Shown here piece after piece: positions 12,885-30,095 of a stretch of DNA of 64,000 bases. The DNA lies in NCBI GenBank assembly GCA_032718475.1, contig JAUCBJ010006713.1, positions 36,899-100,898 on the forward strand. The letters run 5' to 3'. Under the pieces are notes generated by a model, which was given only the letters and a program-made list of their open reading frames with translations, had not been told where the DNA came from and searched no databases. The stretch is from Nemertoderma westbladi (taxonomy: Eukaryota; Animalia; Xenacoelomorpha). A program made the translations under genes and the position numbers. Each line of letters starts with the position of its first letter. Position 1 is the first letter of the stretch.

Positions 12885-13020
12885 CAAAAACCTACTTTGC
12901 CAGCCCTGGAACCTATACTGTATACCTACTGAGGACTAGTGGCGAAACTATACCTCTAGGCCTACTGTAAATACAGTTAGTTTTCACATCAAGGCACTCT
13001 CATCTTACGTAAGCCTGGAT

Positions 13021-13878
13021 GGGGGTCCGACGAATTTGTACAAAAAAATACAACATAGTACAATATAGTACAAAAGAATACAAAAGAGTTCAATAAAGTG
13101 CAAAAATAGTACAAAAGAGTGCAAAAATAGTACAAAAGAGTACAAACGAGTGAGAAACGCTTGCAAAACGTGTATCCAAGTGTACCGGTAGTTAAAATCG
13201 TTTAGAGGGGCGCACATGATGTGCAAAATAAAACAAAGCATTGTCTGATTGTGGGGCGAGCCATGCATTGAGCGGGGGCTGATCTAGCTGTCTAGCAGTT
13301 GGAAAGTATTACAATACAATCTTATGAGTTTTAATGCAGCTTTTTGTGTTCAAAAAACGGTCCCAAGTACGCAAAATTGCAGAGGGAGAACTCAATAAAG
13401 TTGCAGATAGAGGCGTACATACAGACATACAAAGCCTATTACGTAGCATACAGTCTCTGAGTCTACTGGCAGACTGGTCTATCAGTCTATCCTTCAGTAT
13501 ATGGACTACTTTAAGACTATGACCTAAATTTTGAGTCTCGTTTATAGGAGTTTTATCTACGGGACATTTTCATTACATTATCTACGGAAATTTTGGACGA
13601 AATTTTAACCACTTATCAATTCTAGTGAAAAAACGATGTGGTGAAAATTTCAGCCCATTTGGTTTAGCCGTTCTCGAAATATTGATGTTTTACATTTGGC
13701 GAAATTCCAAAAACCAGTGAAATACATTATTTGAAGTGGTGTCTGCAGTTGATCTGATTATCAGTTTAATGTTAATTGTATGTGATTCTAACAGCACTTT
13801 ATTGTACGGTACTCTTTTGTACTATATTGTACTATTTTGTATTTTTTTGTACTTTTTTTGTACAGATTTGTCGGACCG
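13021..13878. mobile_element. MITE with an 8-bp TSD
   Basis: GGTCCGACGAATTTGTACAAAAAAA / TTTTTTTGTACAGATTTGTCGGACCG; TSD GCCTGGAT at 13013-13020 and 13879-13886. Confidence 0.8.
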
Positions 13879-14728
13879 GCCTGGATTTATTATAGTAAGT
13901 TTAGTTTTGGACGTTTAAGAATAGGCCTACTACATGCGCAATACGGCCGCTATCGATTACGTTACTTATTACTGTATTATAGTTTTAGTTTGAATTAATC
14001 GAAAACTTCAACCGGCTGACCAGTAGCTGGTAGGCCAACAGTACATCAGTACATGCCTGCTGACGACAGCTTAATTGATACCGCACCGGTCAGCCGGTTT
14101 TCCTACTTAATTACTTACAGTATAATTATACTGTAGCAATGTTAGAATACGGTATTGTTTGTGTTTCCATCTCTGTGCTGCTATGTGTCACAATGAAAAC
14201 ATTTAAGCCAATACAGCAATAAGAGGATTCAGGAAAGTTCCCTTTGGACCTATGTCTTTATGTAAATGATTGAGCCAATCAGGTTACAATTTTCTGGCTT
14301 CAGTCCGCCGTTTGTCCAGACAACAAAGAGTGGATTCTTACATTATAATGCTATAATTCAAATTGACCGCTATTTTGTGCTTTTAATTGACAATCCGCAG
14401 TCCGTAGTCCGCTATTTACATGCGCCCTATCTGTAGTACTGTAGTCCGGTATTCAGGTATTGCATCGTACCTGCGTACCGGTAACTAGGCTTCCTTCTGT
14501 CCTTGTATTGTACTGTCTGACTGTAGCCATTAGGCAGGTACCAGTAGGCTATTGCAGTATTGCTGTTATTGATATTGTTTAATTTGTGATTTGATTGTGG
14601 AACTATCATCAATTACCTACCGTACCTGATTACCACATCGTTTGACACATCGTAATCATACTGTCATACATATGCGAGTACCGGTATACAAAGAGTCAAC
14701 GACAGTAACGAAACGACACGAATTATAA

Positions 14729-19809
<5,081 letters not shown>

Positions 19810-19852
19810 TCCATGAAACGGTGTAGTACGGGGGGGGGGGGTAGGATGGGTT

Positions 19853-20056
19853 GACGGACGGATGGACAGACAGACGGACAGGCGGACGGTCAGACGGATA
19901 GACCGACGGACGAACAGGACAGACCGACGGGACAGACCGAAGGATAGACCGGCGGACAGGCGGACGGTCAGACGGATAGACCGGCGGACGGACAGGACAG
20001 ACCGACGGACAGACCGACGGGACAGACCGAAGGACAGACCGACGGACAGACCGACG
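19853..20056 (+). repeat. Purine-rich GACGGACAGACC-type repeat just after the Rab14 stop
   Basis: Tandem degenerate 4-mer/12-mer units. Confidence 0.85.
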
Positions 20057-20709
20057 TAGAAACGTTCCACCGACCCGAAACCCAATCCTATAGTCGAATG
20101 TATTACAATTTATTTTAAGGAGGATTGATACTATCCTTTGCGAGTCATTCCATTCAATTCACCAGCTTTGTTTGGCCGTAGAACTTCTGGATAAACCCAA
20201 GGCTTCCTGTGAAACAGAAGGAACACTTCCATGTTCTAGTGATACATCACAACTCGTATTAGTTATATAACTTATATTATCTCAATTATTATAATTAGTT
20301 ATATAAGTTCTAGGAATTGATCTCAATGTTGATCCCAAAGGTAACAATAAAATCGAATGCGAACAATATACAACTTTATAATTCCGATAATTTCTTTGCC
20401 AAAAATTATTAAATTTGTATTTATTGAATTAAAAGCAAAAATTAATATTTTAATGATTAATTTTGTATTATCGCTCAGAACATCCGTAAATTATTTACTA
20501 TATAAATCAAAATCAAAAATATATTAAATGTTGTTAAAAATTAAAATGAATCAAACTTATGTTTAGAATGGGGTGTTGGAAACTCCACTGAAGCTCCAGG
20601 AAGCCTTGGCTGTTCGTTTCCTTACAAAATATTATCGGATGGTTCGGGTCAATGTTTGTTGGTTTTTTTCTTCATAAAACATAACAGTTGACGAACCGCT
20701 ATAAAGTTT

Positions 20710-21459
20710 AACCGCTGTCTGTATGCTACCAACCGCTGTCTGTATGCTACCAACCGCTGTCTGTCTGTATGCTACCAACCGCTGTCTGTATGTATGCTAC
20801 TAACCGCTGTCTGTATGTATGCTACCAACCGCTGTCTGTATGTATGCTACCAACCGCTGTCTGTATGTATGCTACCAACCGCTGTCTGTATGTATGCTAC
20901 CAACCGCTGTCTGTATGTATGCTACCAACCGCTGTCTGTATGTATGCTACCAACCGCTGTCTGTATGTATGCTACGAACCGCTGTCTGTCTGTATGCTAC
21001 TAACCGCTGTCTGTATGCTACTAACCGCTGTCTGTATGCTACCAACCGCTGTCTGTCTGTATGCTACCAACCACTGTCTGTATGCTACTAACCGCTGTCT
21101 GTATGCTACCAACCGCTGTCTGTCTGTATGCTACCAACCGCTGTCTGTCTGTATGCTACTAACCGCTGTCTGTATGCTACCAACCGCTGTCTGTATGCTA
21201 CTAACCGCTGTCTGTATGCTACCAACCGCTGTCTGTATGCTACTAACCGCTGTCTGTATGCTACCAACCGCTGTCTGTATGCTACCAACCGCTGTCTGTA
21301 TGCTACCAACCGCTGTCTGTATGCTACTAACCGCTGTCTGTATGCTACCAACCGCTGTCTGTATGCTACTAACCGCTGTCTGTATGCTACCAACCGCTGT
21401 CTGTATGCTACCAACCGCTGTCTGTATGCTACCAACCGCTGTCTGTCTGTATGCTACCA
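20710..21459 (+). repeat. Minisatellite of 21/25-bp units (AACCGCTGTCTGTATGCTACC)
   Basis: More than 30 tandem units. Confidence 0.95.
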
Positions 21460-22757
21460 AAAGAATCGCTAATATTAGTTTCTCATTCAATTATGTAAAG
21501 CTGGTGAGGTTTATTTCTATTTATTTATAGAACAATATAAAACTTGTAAACCTTCCTCTGAGTTAGAACCCTGACGGTGTATTATTTATTTATTATGTTA
21601 ATGTTTTTAAACAAAAACATAACCGTAATGTTATTTTATTACGGTAATTGTTAACCACTGTTCATTTTTATTCCAACAGCTTTGATTAATTATCATACCT
21701 TTTGCAGCTACTAAATATGTTTAATTTATAATTAAATTAACTAATTAATACTCCCATATAGTAATATTAATAAATTAAATAATATATATTTTGATGTAAT
21801 ACCGTTTTTGTTCGTGTAGACTGTTGTAGGTCTGGTATTTTATGTCAGCCCTCACGTATCCTCGACAGATATGTATTCATTGTAGTATTTACTCGTTTAA
21901 TATTGCAGCTTTAATAACTTTATTATTTAAGGCTTTTATTTTTATTAACACTATGACGGTTTATACAGCGAGTTGCAGACTGGCCTACATTGCTGGTGGA
22001 AACTAATTTGGTGGGAAATTACATGAAAGTTTATTGAATGATTTTGTCCTTCCCTATTAATAACTTCCTAATAAATTAATGTTAACCCCAATAATACAAT
22101 ATATTAGTGGGGGGGAACATCAACATAAATATTGTATTTTTGAGGGGGAACTAGGTAAACTGGAGATTATTTTATGTCTTATGACATTCCAATTAAATAA
22201 TAATTGAATTTAGTTTAAAAACGGATGGGACTCACTTTCACCGCCCTTTTAGATTAATTTATCCCCAAATACAAATAAGATATATAAGATATATAAGTAG
22301 TACACTAACGCTGTGAGTTATTGGTTCGCATGGTTAAATTTTACAAAGAGGTCAAGGGAGCTGTCCATATTTTAACTTTTTCAGAACAAATTCTGACGGG
22401 GTTGGATCAAAAAATGTCCAAACACATCACATATGGTTAGCTATAACTCCTATTTCAGTAGAATTTTGATATCCAATATAAGTAATGCACACCAGTTTTA
22501 TCATATTAATACAATGTAAAACATCCACTGCACGTTCGCGTATATTTCGACGTACACAGCAATTCAATTACAGAAGTTTCATTACTTGCTTAGGTATAAT
22601 GGTGTAGCAGATAACACAATGAGCAAACAAACCATCCAGAAACGCGGTTTTATACGACTCTTTCTCGTCGTGTCTTTCGTTGTACCCAATCTGAAACCGT
22701 TGAGATCTAAATCTCGAAGAAAACAACGACCAAAAACTCAAATGTCGCCGTTCCTAG

Positions 22758-23105
22758 GGGGCCGGCCAAGTATGACGTCTGCACTTTTCCCCAAAATGTT
22801 GACCCCCTCCCTCCCCTAAATCAGATGTCATCAGATAGGCGTTGAACCCCCCCCTAAATCAGATTAAAAAACTTTTCGCGTCCTAATCACTGAAACATGG
22901 TGAACTGAAACAGAAGTGCTACGGGCCTTCGGGGGCTTCGAACAATTAAAATAGGCAAGCTATTTACTCTTCTGCTATATCTCTTCTAGCACCTATAAAT
23001 GAACATGCTGACGTCAGATTTTGGCTGACCCCCTCCCCTCATCAGCACGTTATCAGATTTTCCCAACCCCCTCTAAAAGTGCTGACGTCATACTTGGACG
23101 TCCCC
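22758..23105. mobile_element. PIF/Harbinger-like MITE
   Basis: TIRs GGGGCCGGCCAAGTATGACGTC / GACGTCATACTTGGACGTCCCC; 3-bp TSD TAG. Confidence 0.75.
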
Positions 23106-23992
23106 TAGGTATAAATTTAAAAATAAATTTACATTTATAAAACACCAGTATCTATTTTATATGGTAGCTTAATTTTTATAGACTGGGCGCTTAAGGTTAT
23201 GTGATTAAAAATATCAATATTTTACTATCAAAAATGTCTACATATTTACGCTCATGATTAGCTGACTCATAACAGAAAAACCACCTCAGTCTTAGTCCAT
23301 TACTCGAAACGTGATTGTTTGCTATAGGAATTTCTGCCATTATTACAGCAGTTTGTATAACTTTGGTATCATTTCTAACCATAATTCCTAACCTACCGTA
23401 GATTACATTCTATACTAACTAAATAATCTATACTCCATAAATTTTTGTCGTATACCATTTGTTTATTGTTTTTGTGCTGCCTGATTTTGTAACAGTCTAA
23501 TTTCTAAATATTTCTCTAATTATTATTAATTTAAAAAGTTTATACTTTTCTGAAACGCACGTTCGTGTAATGTAGTTTTAGTAAAAATAATGTCTGATCG
23601 TAATTAGTTTTTTGTTAGTTAGTGCGTAAATAAATGTTATGTTTCTCATCGGGGGTATACCAGTGTGCAGGAATAATATTTATTTACTAAAGTGAGCAAT
23701 GGATCCGATGACTTGCTCACTTGGTTAATAAATCCCATTATTTTTGGTGGATTATAGTTATGTGATGTACCGGTAATGTAGTTTCAGCTTTTAGCTGTAT
23801 TCCTATCATCCGTTTATATGTCATTCAAGTATATAAATTTATTGATCATTTTAGTAAATTATATCGCAATTTGACTATTTCTGCATCTAATTCTGTAATA
23901 AATTATTGATCCTAGAAATATCTTATGTTAATTTTGAAATCTTATTTTCATCTAAAAGCTGAGCTCTCTCAGATTTAATTAATTGTGAGAAC

Positions 23993-25015
23993 CGCCGCCA
24001 ATCAGGGCCGTTTGAAACGGGATCAGGTCAGCCGCCAGTCAGGGCCGTTTGAAACGGGATCAGGTCAGCCGCCAGTCAGGGCCGTTTGAAACGGGATCAG
24101 GTCAGCCGCCAGTCAGGGCCGTTTGAAACGGGGCCATTATTGGAGAACCATGGTCAGCCGCCAGTCAGGGCCGTTTGAAACGGGATCAGGTCAGCCGCCA
24201 GACAGGGCCGTTTGAAACGGGGCCATTATTGGAGAACCATGGTCAGCCGCCAATCAGGGCCGTTTGAAACGGGATCAGGTCAGCCGCCAGTCAGGGCCGT
24301 TTGAAACGGGGCCATTATTGGAGAACCATGGTCAGCCGCCAGTCAGGGCCGTTTGAAACCGGATCAGGTCAGCCGCCAGACAGGGCCGTTTGAAACGGGG
24401 CCATTATTGGAGAACCATGGTCAGCCGCCAGTCAGGGCCGTTTGAAATGGGACCATTATTGGAGAACCATGGTCAGCCGCCAGTCAGGGCCGTTTGAAAC
24501 GGGATCAGGTCAGCCGCCAGACAGGGCCGTTTGAAACGGGGCCATTATTGGAGAACCATGGTCAGCCGCCAGTCAGGGCCGTTTGAAACGGGATCAGGTC
24601 AGCCGCCAGACAGGGCCGTTTGAAACGGGGCCATTATTGGAGAACCATGGTCAGCCGCCAGTCAGGGCCGTTTGAAACGGGATCAGGTCAGCCGGCAGTC
24701 AGGGCCGTTTGAAATGGGACCATTATTTGAGAACCATGGTAAGCCGCCAGTCAGGGCCGTTTGAAACGGGATCAGGTAAGCCGCCAGTCAGGGCCGTTTG
24801 AAACGGGATCAGGTAAGCCGCCAGTCAGGGCCGTTTGAAACGGGATCAGGTAAGCCGCCAGTCAGGGCCGTTTGAAACGGGATCAGGTCAGCCGCCAGTC
24901 AGGGTCGTTTGAAACGGGGCCATTATTGGAGAACCATGGTAAGCCGCCAGTCAGGGCCGTTTGAAACGGGATCAGGTCAGCCGCCAGTCAGGGCCGTTCG
25001 TAATGGGACCATTAT
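23993..25015 (+). repeat. Minisatellite with mixed 34-bp and ~49-bp units (AGCCGCCAGTCAGGGCCGTTTGAAACGGG...)
   Basis: Tandem array of two interspersed unit variants. Confidence 0.95.
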
Positions 25016-25188
25016 TGTCAACAATGTCACAATGAGTCTAGTGAAATCATGTAATGGTTATATGAAAATGTGAAATATTCGTTTGGATTACACTTGGGGT
25101 ATTTTTCAAATTAGTTGCAGGCGTCTCTGCCACATTATAAGCTATTTACTAATATTGTTATAATTCAATTTTAAATATAATCAGATTT

Positions 25189-26181
25189 GAGGCCATCCAT
25201 AAATGACGTCACGCTGGACAGGGGGGGGGGGGTTGGTATTTCGTGACGATTTGTGACGAGGGGGAGGGGGGTGTCCGCAATATCGTGACGTCACATTATA
25301 AGTTTCCGATAAAATTACTGTATATTAAATACATAACGTGTATACTTGTATACTATTAAACGTGTATACTATTAACGTGTTTACTATTAAACTATTACCT
25401 CTTCCAATGATAACCATAAAATCTTACCTTACGACCTTTACTGCCCCTCCATATTTGGTAAAATTAGAGAGTGTGTTTGTAAAGAATGTCATCTTTTTGA
25501 ATCGAAATTTTTACTAAAAATCTTACATCCCTTCATGGTAGCGGTAGTTCCAAAACCCGTTTTGAATATCAATCACCTGCGACTACTACTAGGATCGCAT
25601 GCTGCATTGCAGCTGCATTTTTAAGAATGCTGTGCCGGCTTGTCGACAAAATTGCGCCGCCACAACTCCCTATCACCCATGACATTTGCTAGATCATCCG
25701 CATCTTTAAGTCCAGTGCCCTTTATAATGCGTCTCAAGAATATCATGGGCTGACCACCATGCTTATTCACTTCATGAGGCTGCCAAAGTAAAAGATTATG
25801 CACTGGCTGGTCCTCACGGCGAAAGCAATGTCCTGCAAAGCGGAGGCCGATCCCCTGCGAACACATACCCAGTAGCTGATGTCCCACCAATGGCCATTAT
25901 AAGCACGACAGACCACCTGCAGTGCCCATGGGAGCATGTCTGAAAAACTCGTATTACTGTAATTCAGTAATTTGTAATATTAGTTTATATCTATAGTTTA
26001 TAGTTGACAAATTTATTCCAGATTTATTGTTCTAATAATATAAGAGTAATAATTTAATTTTATTTAGTGTGACGTGACATAGGGGAGGGGGGGGGGTAGC
26101 CATTTCGTGACGATTTGTAACGAAAGGGGGGGGGGGTCAAAAATGTCTTTAAAAAACGTGACGTCATTTATGGATGGCCCC
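25189..26181. mobile_element. PIF/Harbinger-like MITE carrying a nested LINE 3' fragment
   Basis: TIRs GAGGCCATCCATAAATGACGTCACG / CGTGACGTCATTTATGGATGGCCCC; 3-bp TSD TTT. Confidence 0.8.
25582..25845 (-). mobile_element. 5'-truncated RTE-like LINE 3' end with (TAG)n tail
   Basis: LRFAGHCFRRED...LLLWQP motif; near-identical to ~62587-62850. Confidence 0.85.
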
Positions 26182-27875
26182 TTTGTTATTGTATTAATAA
26201 AACCATTAACAAGCAGAATTGTTTTTATTTATAACGAACCTGCAGGCCAGGGTAGTTCTTGGCAAGATTTGAGCCGTTCAAAACACGATGTGGTTATGTA
26301 TATATAGGATAACCATCCAATATCTCAAAAACTCAAGCGGGTACGCAAAGATTTTAAGAGCAAACGAATTTGAACGAAGAGCAAACAAATGAATTTTGGT
26401 TGCGCAGAAGACTGTATACATAGAGAAGGATATACACCCGGCGGTACGACGAGAGAGAGCAAGGTTGCATGAAGTAGAAAACAAAGAGAAAGAGAAACCT
26501 GAAAACCAAGGATGTCGCATTGTTTACGACTACAGAGCCGGCATCGTGTATCGGGATGGTACGATTATTGACCGTTATCAGCCAAAGTTCTTTCAATAGC
26601 ACAGGCCCGACAACAGTCAATACAGTTCTACTAGTATTTATGGTGATGGGAATGATGATAATAGTAAGCCTAATAACTTGTTGAAAATACTTTCTTGGAA
26701 TATAGGAGGTGTAAGGGAAAAATTACTAAACTCCAACTGTCTTAATTATTTACAGAAATTCTTTTTAATTTGGCTTTACGAAATAAAGCCTGGGTATAAC
26801 TGTATCTTGTTCGGGATATCAGAACTCAGCTAAAGATGATCACAGGGGGGGGGGGGGGGGGCTTTTAATAAAAAACTATTTAGTGGGCGACATCGAATTA
26901 GTTGATACTAGTTTCATTGGATTTATATTAGCAAGATTTCATTCACTCGGACAGTACGAGTTTAGCGGCGGTTACATCGAACCAAAAGATTCGCTATTTT
27001 ATGACGATAAATTATGGGGGGTTCTTCAGGGACTTTGCTTAGGAGATAGAGAGAAACGGCTTGTGTTTGGTGACCTTAACGCAAGAGTTTATCATCCGAA
27101 AAATTCGCATGGCCAAGAAGTGGACCGGGTCTGTGACGACGCCTCCTGCTACAAGTGACCTTACTTTCCGAAGAAAAGAAAGGTGGATTAGTCAGATAGA
27201 CCTGTGTTTAGCAAGTAAGTCGGTAAACGAAGATATTGAATTAAAGGTAAATCAAGATTTAACAAAACCTTCGGATCATGCGCCTTTGGAGATATTACTG
27301 ACAACTTCGGGGAATAGAAACTGGAACGGACTTCTACAGCGTTCCCTGCGAATGGGTTCCTCATTCTATGATAAGTACAATCGCAATACCACGGAAACCA
27401 ATTATGTTCAAAGACTGTGAGTGTACCTCGACAAGGGATAGACAGGTCGAAATTTATAGAAGCTTTGGAGCATGACCAAAGAGCAAACGGTTGTCTTCAT
27501 GGAAACATAGGAGACGTCAACGAGGCAGTCAATACTTTAGGAAAACATTTTCAAGACGCAGTTAACTCTTCTAAGATGAAGGCTGGTGTTACCGTAACCA
27601 ATCATTGTAGTGAAAATAACCGATGGGAAAACTTGTTGCTAACGAATGATTCGAAATCTGTTTGGCGCGCCATAAATTGGAATTATACATTTATTATAGG
27701 AAGGGATCTAGGGGTCTTAACCTCGAATGATAAGTTTATTTTACCGAAAATAACTTATCTTTTATTGGCGCAATTGTAGGACTAATCCCATCACATGCGT
27801 ACTTTTAAACCGGGTAGTGTACAAATTTAGGAATCGCGTAATTTTTATTGAAATTAATATCTCATATCTCTCCAA

Positions 27876-27916
27876 ACCACGTACGCGTTTCGACCTTTGG
27901 GTCTCATCAGCGTGGT
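27876..27916 (-). ncRNA. Minimal type I hammerhead ribozyme
   Basis: Minus strand ACCACG-CUGAUGA-GACC(CAAA)GGUC-GAA-ACGCGU-A/CGUGGU: complete catalytic core, 6-bp stem I, 4-bp stem II and palindromic vestigial stem III. Predicted cleavage is after GUA, between 27882 and 27881. Confidence 0.9.
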
Positions 27917-27919
27917 GTC

Positions 27920-27972
27920 GGATTCGAACCTGGGACCTCGAGGTGGAAGCCGAGACTACAACCACTAGGCCA
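27920..27972 (-). promoter_or_regulatory. tRNA-type (type 2) RNA Pol III internal promoter: A box and B box
   Basis: A box TGGCCTAGTGG (27972-27962) and B box GGTTCGAATCC (27930-27920), 31 nt apart. Confidence 0.8.
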
Positions 27973-30095
27973 CAGGTTCTTGATATATGGAGTATTAATT
28001 TCAAAGCCAGCTGCCATTTTATTAGCCCCTGATTTTTTATTATTGATAGTAACAATGTGTTGGCAAGCTGTATTTTTCGAGGTGTTTGTTATTATACATT
28101 TATTATAGGAAGGGATCTTGGGGTCTTAGCCTCGAATGATAAGTTTATTTTACCGAAAATAAATTATCTTTTATTGGCGCAATTGTAGGACTAATCCCAT
28201 CACATGCGTACTTTTAAACCGGGTAGTGTACAAATTTAGGAATCGATTAATGAGTAATGAATTTAAGGAGTAAATCTTAAATCTTGGAGAGATATGAGAT
28301 ATTAATTTCAAGAAGAATTACGCGATTCCTAAATTTGTACACTACCCGGTTAAAAAGTACGCATGTGATGGGATTAGTCCTACAATTGCGCCAATAAAAG
28401 ATAAGTTATTTTCAGTAAAATAAACTTATCATTCGAGGTTAAGACCCCTAGATCCCTTCCTATAATAAATGTATAATAACAAACACCTCGAAAAATACAG
28501 CTTGCCAACACATTCTTACTATCAATAATAAATTGGAATGGCAAACTTGGAGATAACGCTGATGATATCGACAAACCCACCGACGATGAATTTAAGGACC
28601 ATTTTGAGAGTCTTCTGTATAATCAAGGGGATAGCGTAGACGATATTGACACCTCACAGGCTCCAGTTATACCACTCCTGGATGACCCGATACAACCACA
28701 GGAAGTGGACGAGGCGATAAACTCAATAAAAGCGAACAAGGCAGCGCTAGGAATTTCATCACCTCTTTGGAAGGATCTACCAGTGAATATTGTGGTATTT
28801 ATTACATTTATCATACCATATCATATCATTACATATATATATTACATATCATATTGAATGCGATATTCATATTCGGATGCTTAGCGGCAGTTTGGGCATA
28901 TAGCTTATTTAGTATTTTGTATAAAAGAGGTGATCGTTTTAACTGTAACAATTACCGTGGAATCACGATTATGGACTCTCTAGCAAAGATTTATGACTAC
29001 GTTTTAGCGAACAGACTAGTGAGATGGTACAAACAGCCAAGAGCTCAAGCGGGCGGTCAAAAGGAGAGATCATGTTATGAACAGATACTCGCTCTACGCT
29101 TGGTTGTCGATTATGCTTACACCAAGAACAAAAAACTATTCATCATCTTCATCGACTTCAGTAAAGCCTATGATAGAGTCTCTAGGTCCTCTCTTATATC
29201 CAAGTTACTTTTTCTCGGTTGTGGATTTAATATGATTAACGCAATAAAGGCAATATATAGGACGACGTTTTTAATCCTTAGATCAATTGATATTGGTGCC
29301 GACAGCAGTTTGCGTCAAGGAGCGCCATCGAGTTTATTTCTATTCACTCTTTACATTGATGTCCTAGTCGCCATGTTTGATTCACTAACGTCTACTAACA
29401 CATACAGTACCTAGGAGCCTTGCATCTTCTCCTGTTCATGGACGATACTGCTATTTTAGCTGTATCTAGATCTAAAGTTATTTAGTTTCACTAAGTTTAT
29501 ATTTCATAATATGTAATTTCAAACATTTAATGATAATAATGTCTTTTATCGGATATTAGTCAATAAACATATATATATATATATAATTTTTGTGGCGTTT
29601 CAACCACGTGTTCACTGAAAAATAGCGGTTTTGAAACATAAAGTCCAATTTCACCGATTTCAACTCGTCGAGTATGTACCATGTTTTTTATTTGAGATAT
29701 GCAGTCATCTGGGCAAAATATATTTAGCTTCAGAATCTTTTCTAATATCGCCAAATAACGTCGTCAATAACAGAACGTCGCCAAATTTTGTTAGTCCGAC
29801 AAAAAAACGCCCAAATTTGTCTAAAAGAGTAAATTATTGGTTGCAGAATAATATGATTCAACTAGAAAAGCCAGCAAGCTGGCTATAAGGAGACCGTCCA
29901 TAGACAAACGTTGTGTTAGTTGGGTCCCCCTTCATTCATTATCATCAACCTATAACTCAATTGAACGGTCCAGTGCTTACAATTCAATCAGCTGGCCTCC
30001 CACCTAACATAGCAGTGAGTAACCTTATAGATATTCCCATAGGATTCACTGGGAAGAGCTATTCAGCTGGCGAGGTAATACAAACTAACAGTTGA

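Larger units (their letters stand above)
27684..28527. mobile_element. Retrozyme-like insertion: ~1.4 tandem copies of a 409-nt unit plus an inverted partial copy, with a 12-bp TSD
   Basis: TSD ATAAATTGGAAT at 27672-27683 and 28528-28539; removing the insert restores the LINE frame (RAINWN/GKLGD). 27682-27836 is repeated at 28091-28245, and an inverted copy spans 28284-~28532. Confidence 0.85.
26230..29470 (+). mobile_element. Decayed non-LTR retrotransposon (ORF1 C-terminus, APE endonuclease, RT), interrupted by the hammerhead-bearing insertion
   Basis: ORF1-like VYIEKDIHPAVRRERARL; endonuclease LKILSWNIGG, VFGDLNAR, SQIDLCL, SDHAPL; RT NYRGIT, FIDFSKAYDRV, LRQGAPSS, LLFMDD; many frameshifts. 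Confidence 0.85.

Noticed and set aside
20769-21530. Long Cys-rich ORFs (MLPTAVC.../YATNRCL...)
   Set aside because: Artefacts of the stop-free 21/25-bp minisatellite.
23993-25015. CRISPR-like appearance (constant repeat with variable interval)
   Set aside because: Only two recurring interval variants, no unique spacers, no cas genes, and a eukaryotic context.
27917-27976. Functional tRNA gene
   Set aside because: It has A/B boxes but no complete cloverleaf, and the 3' acceptor side is replaced by the hammerhead stem.
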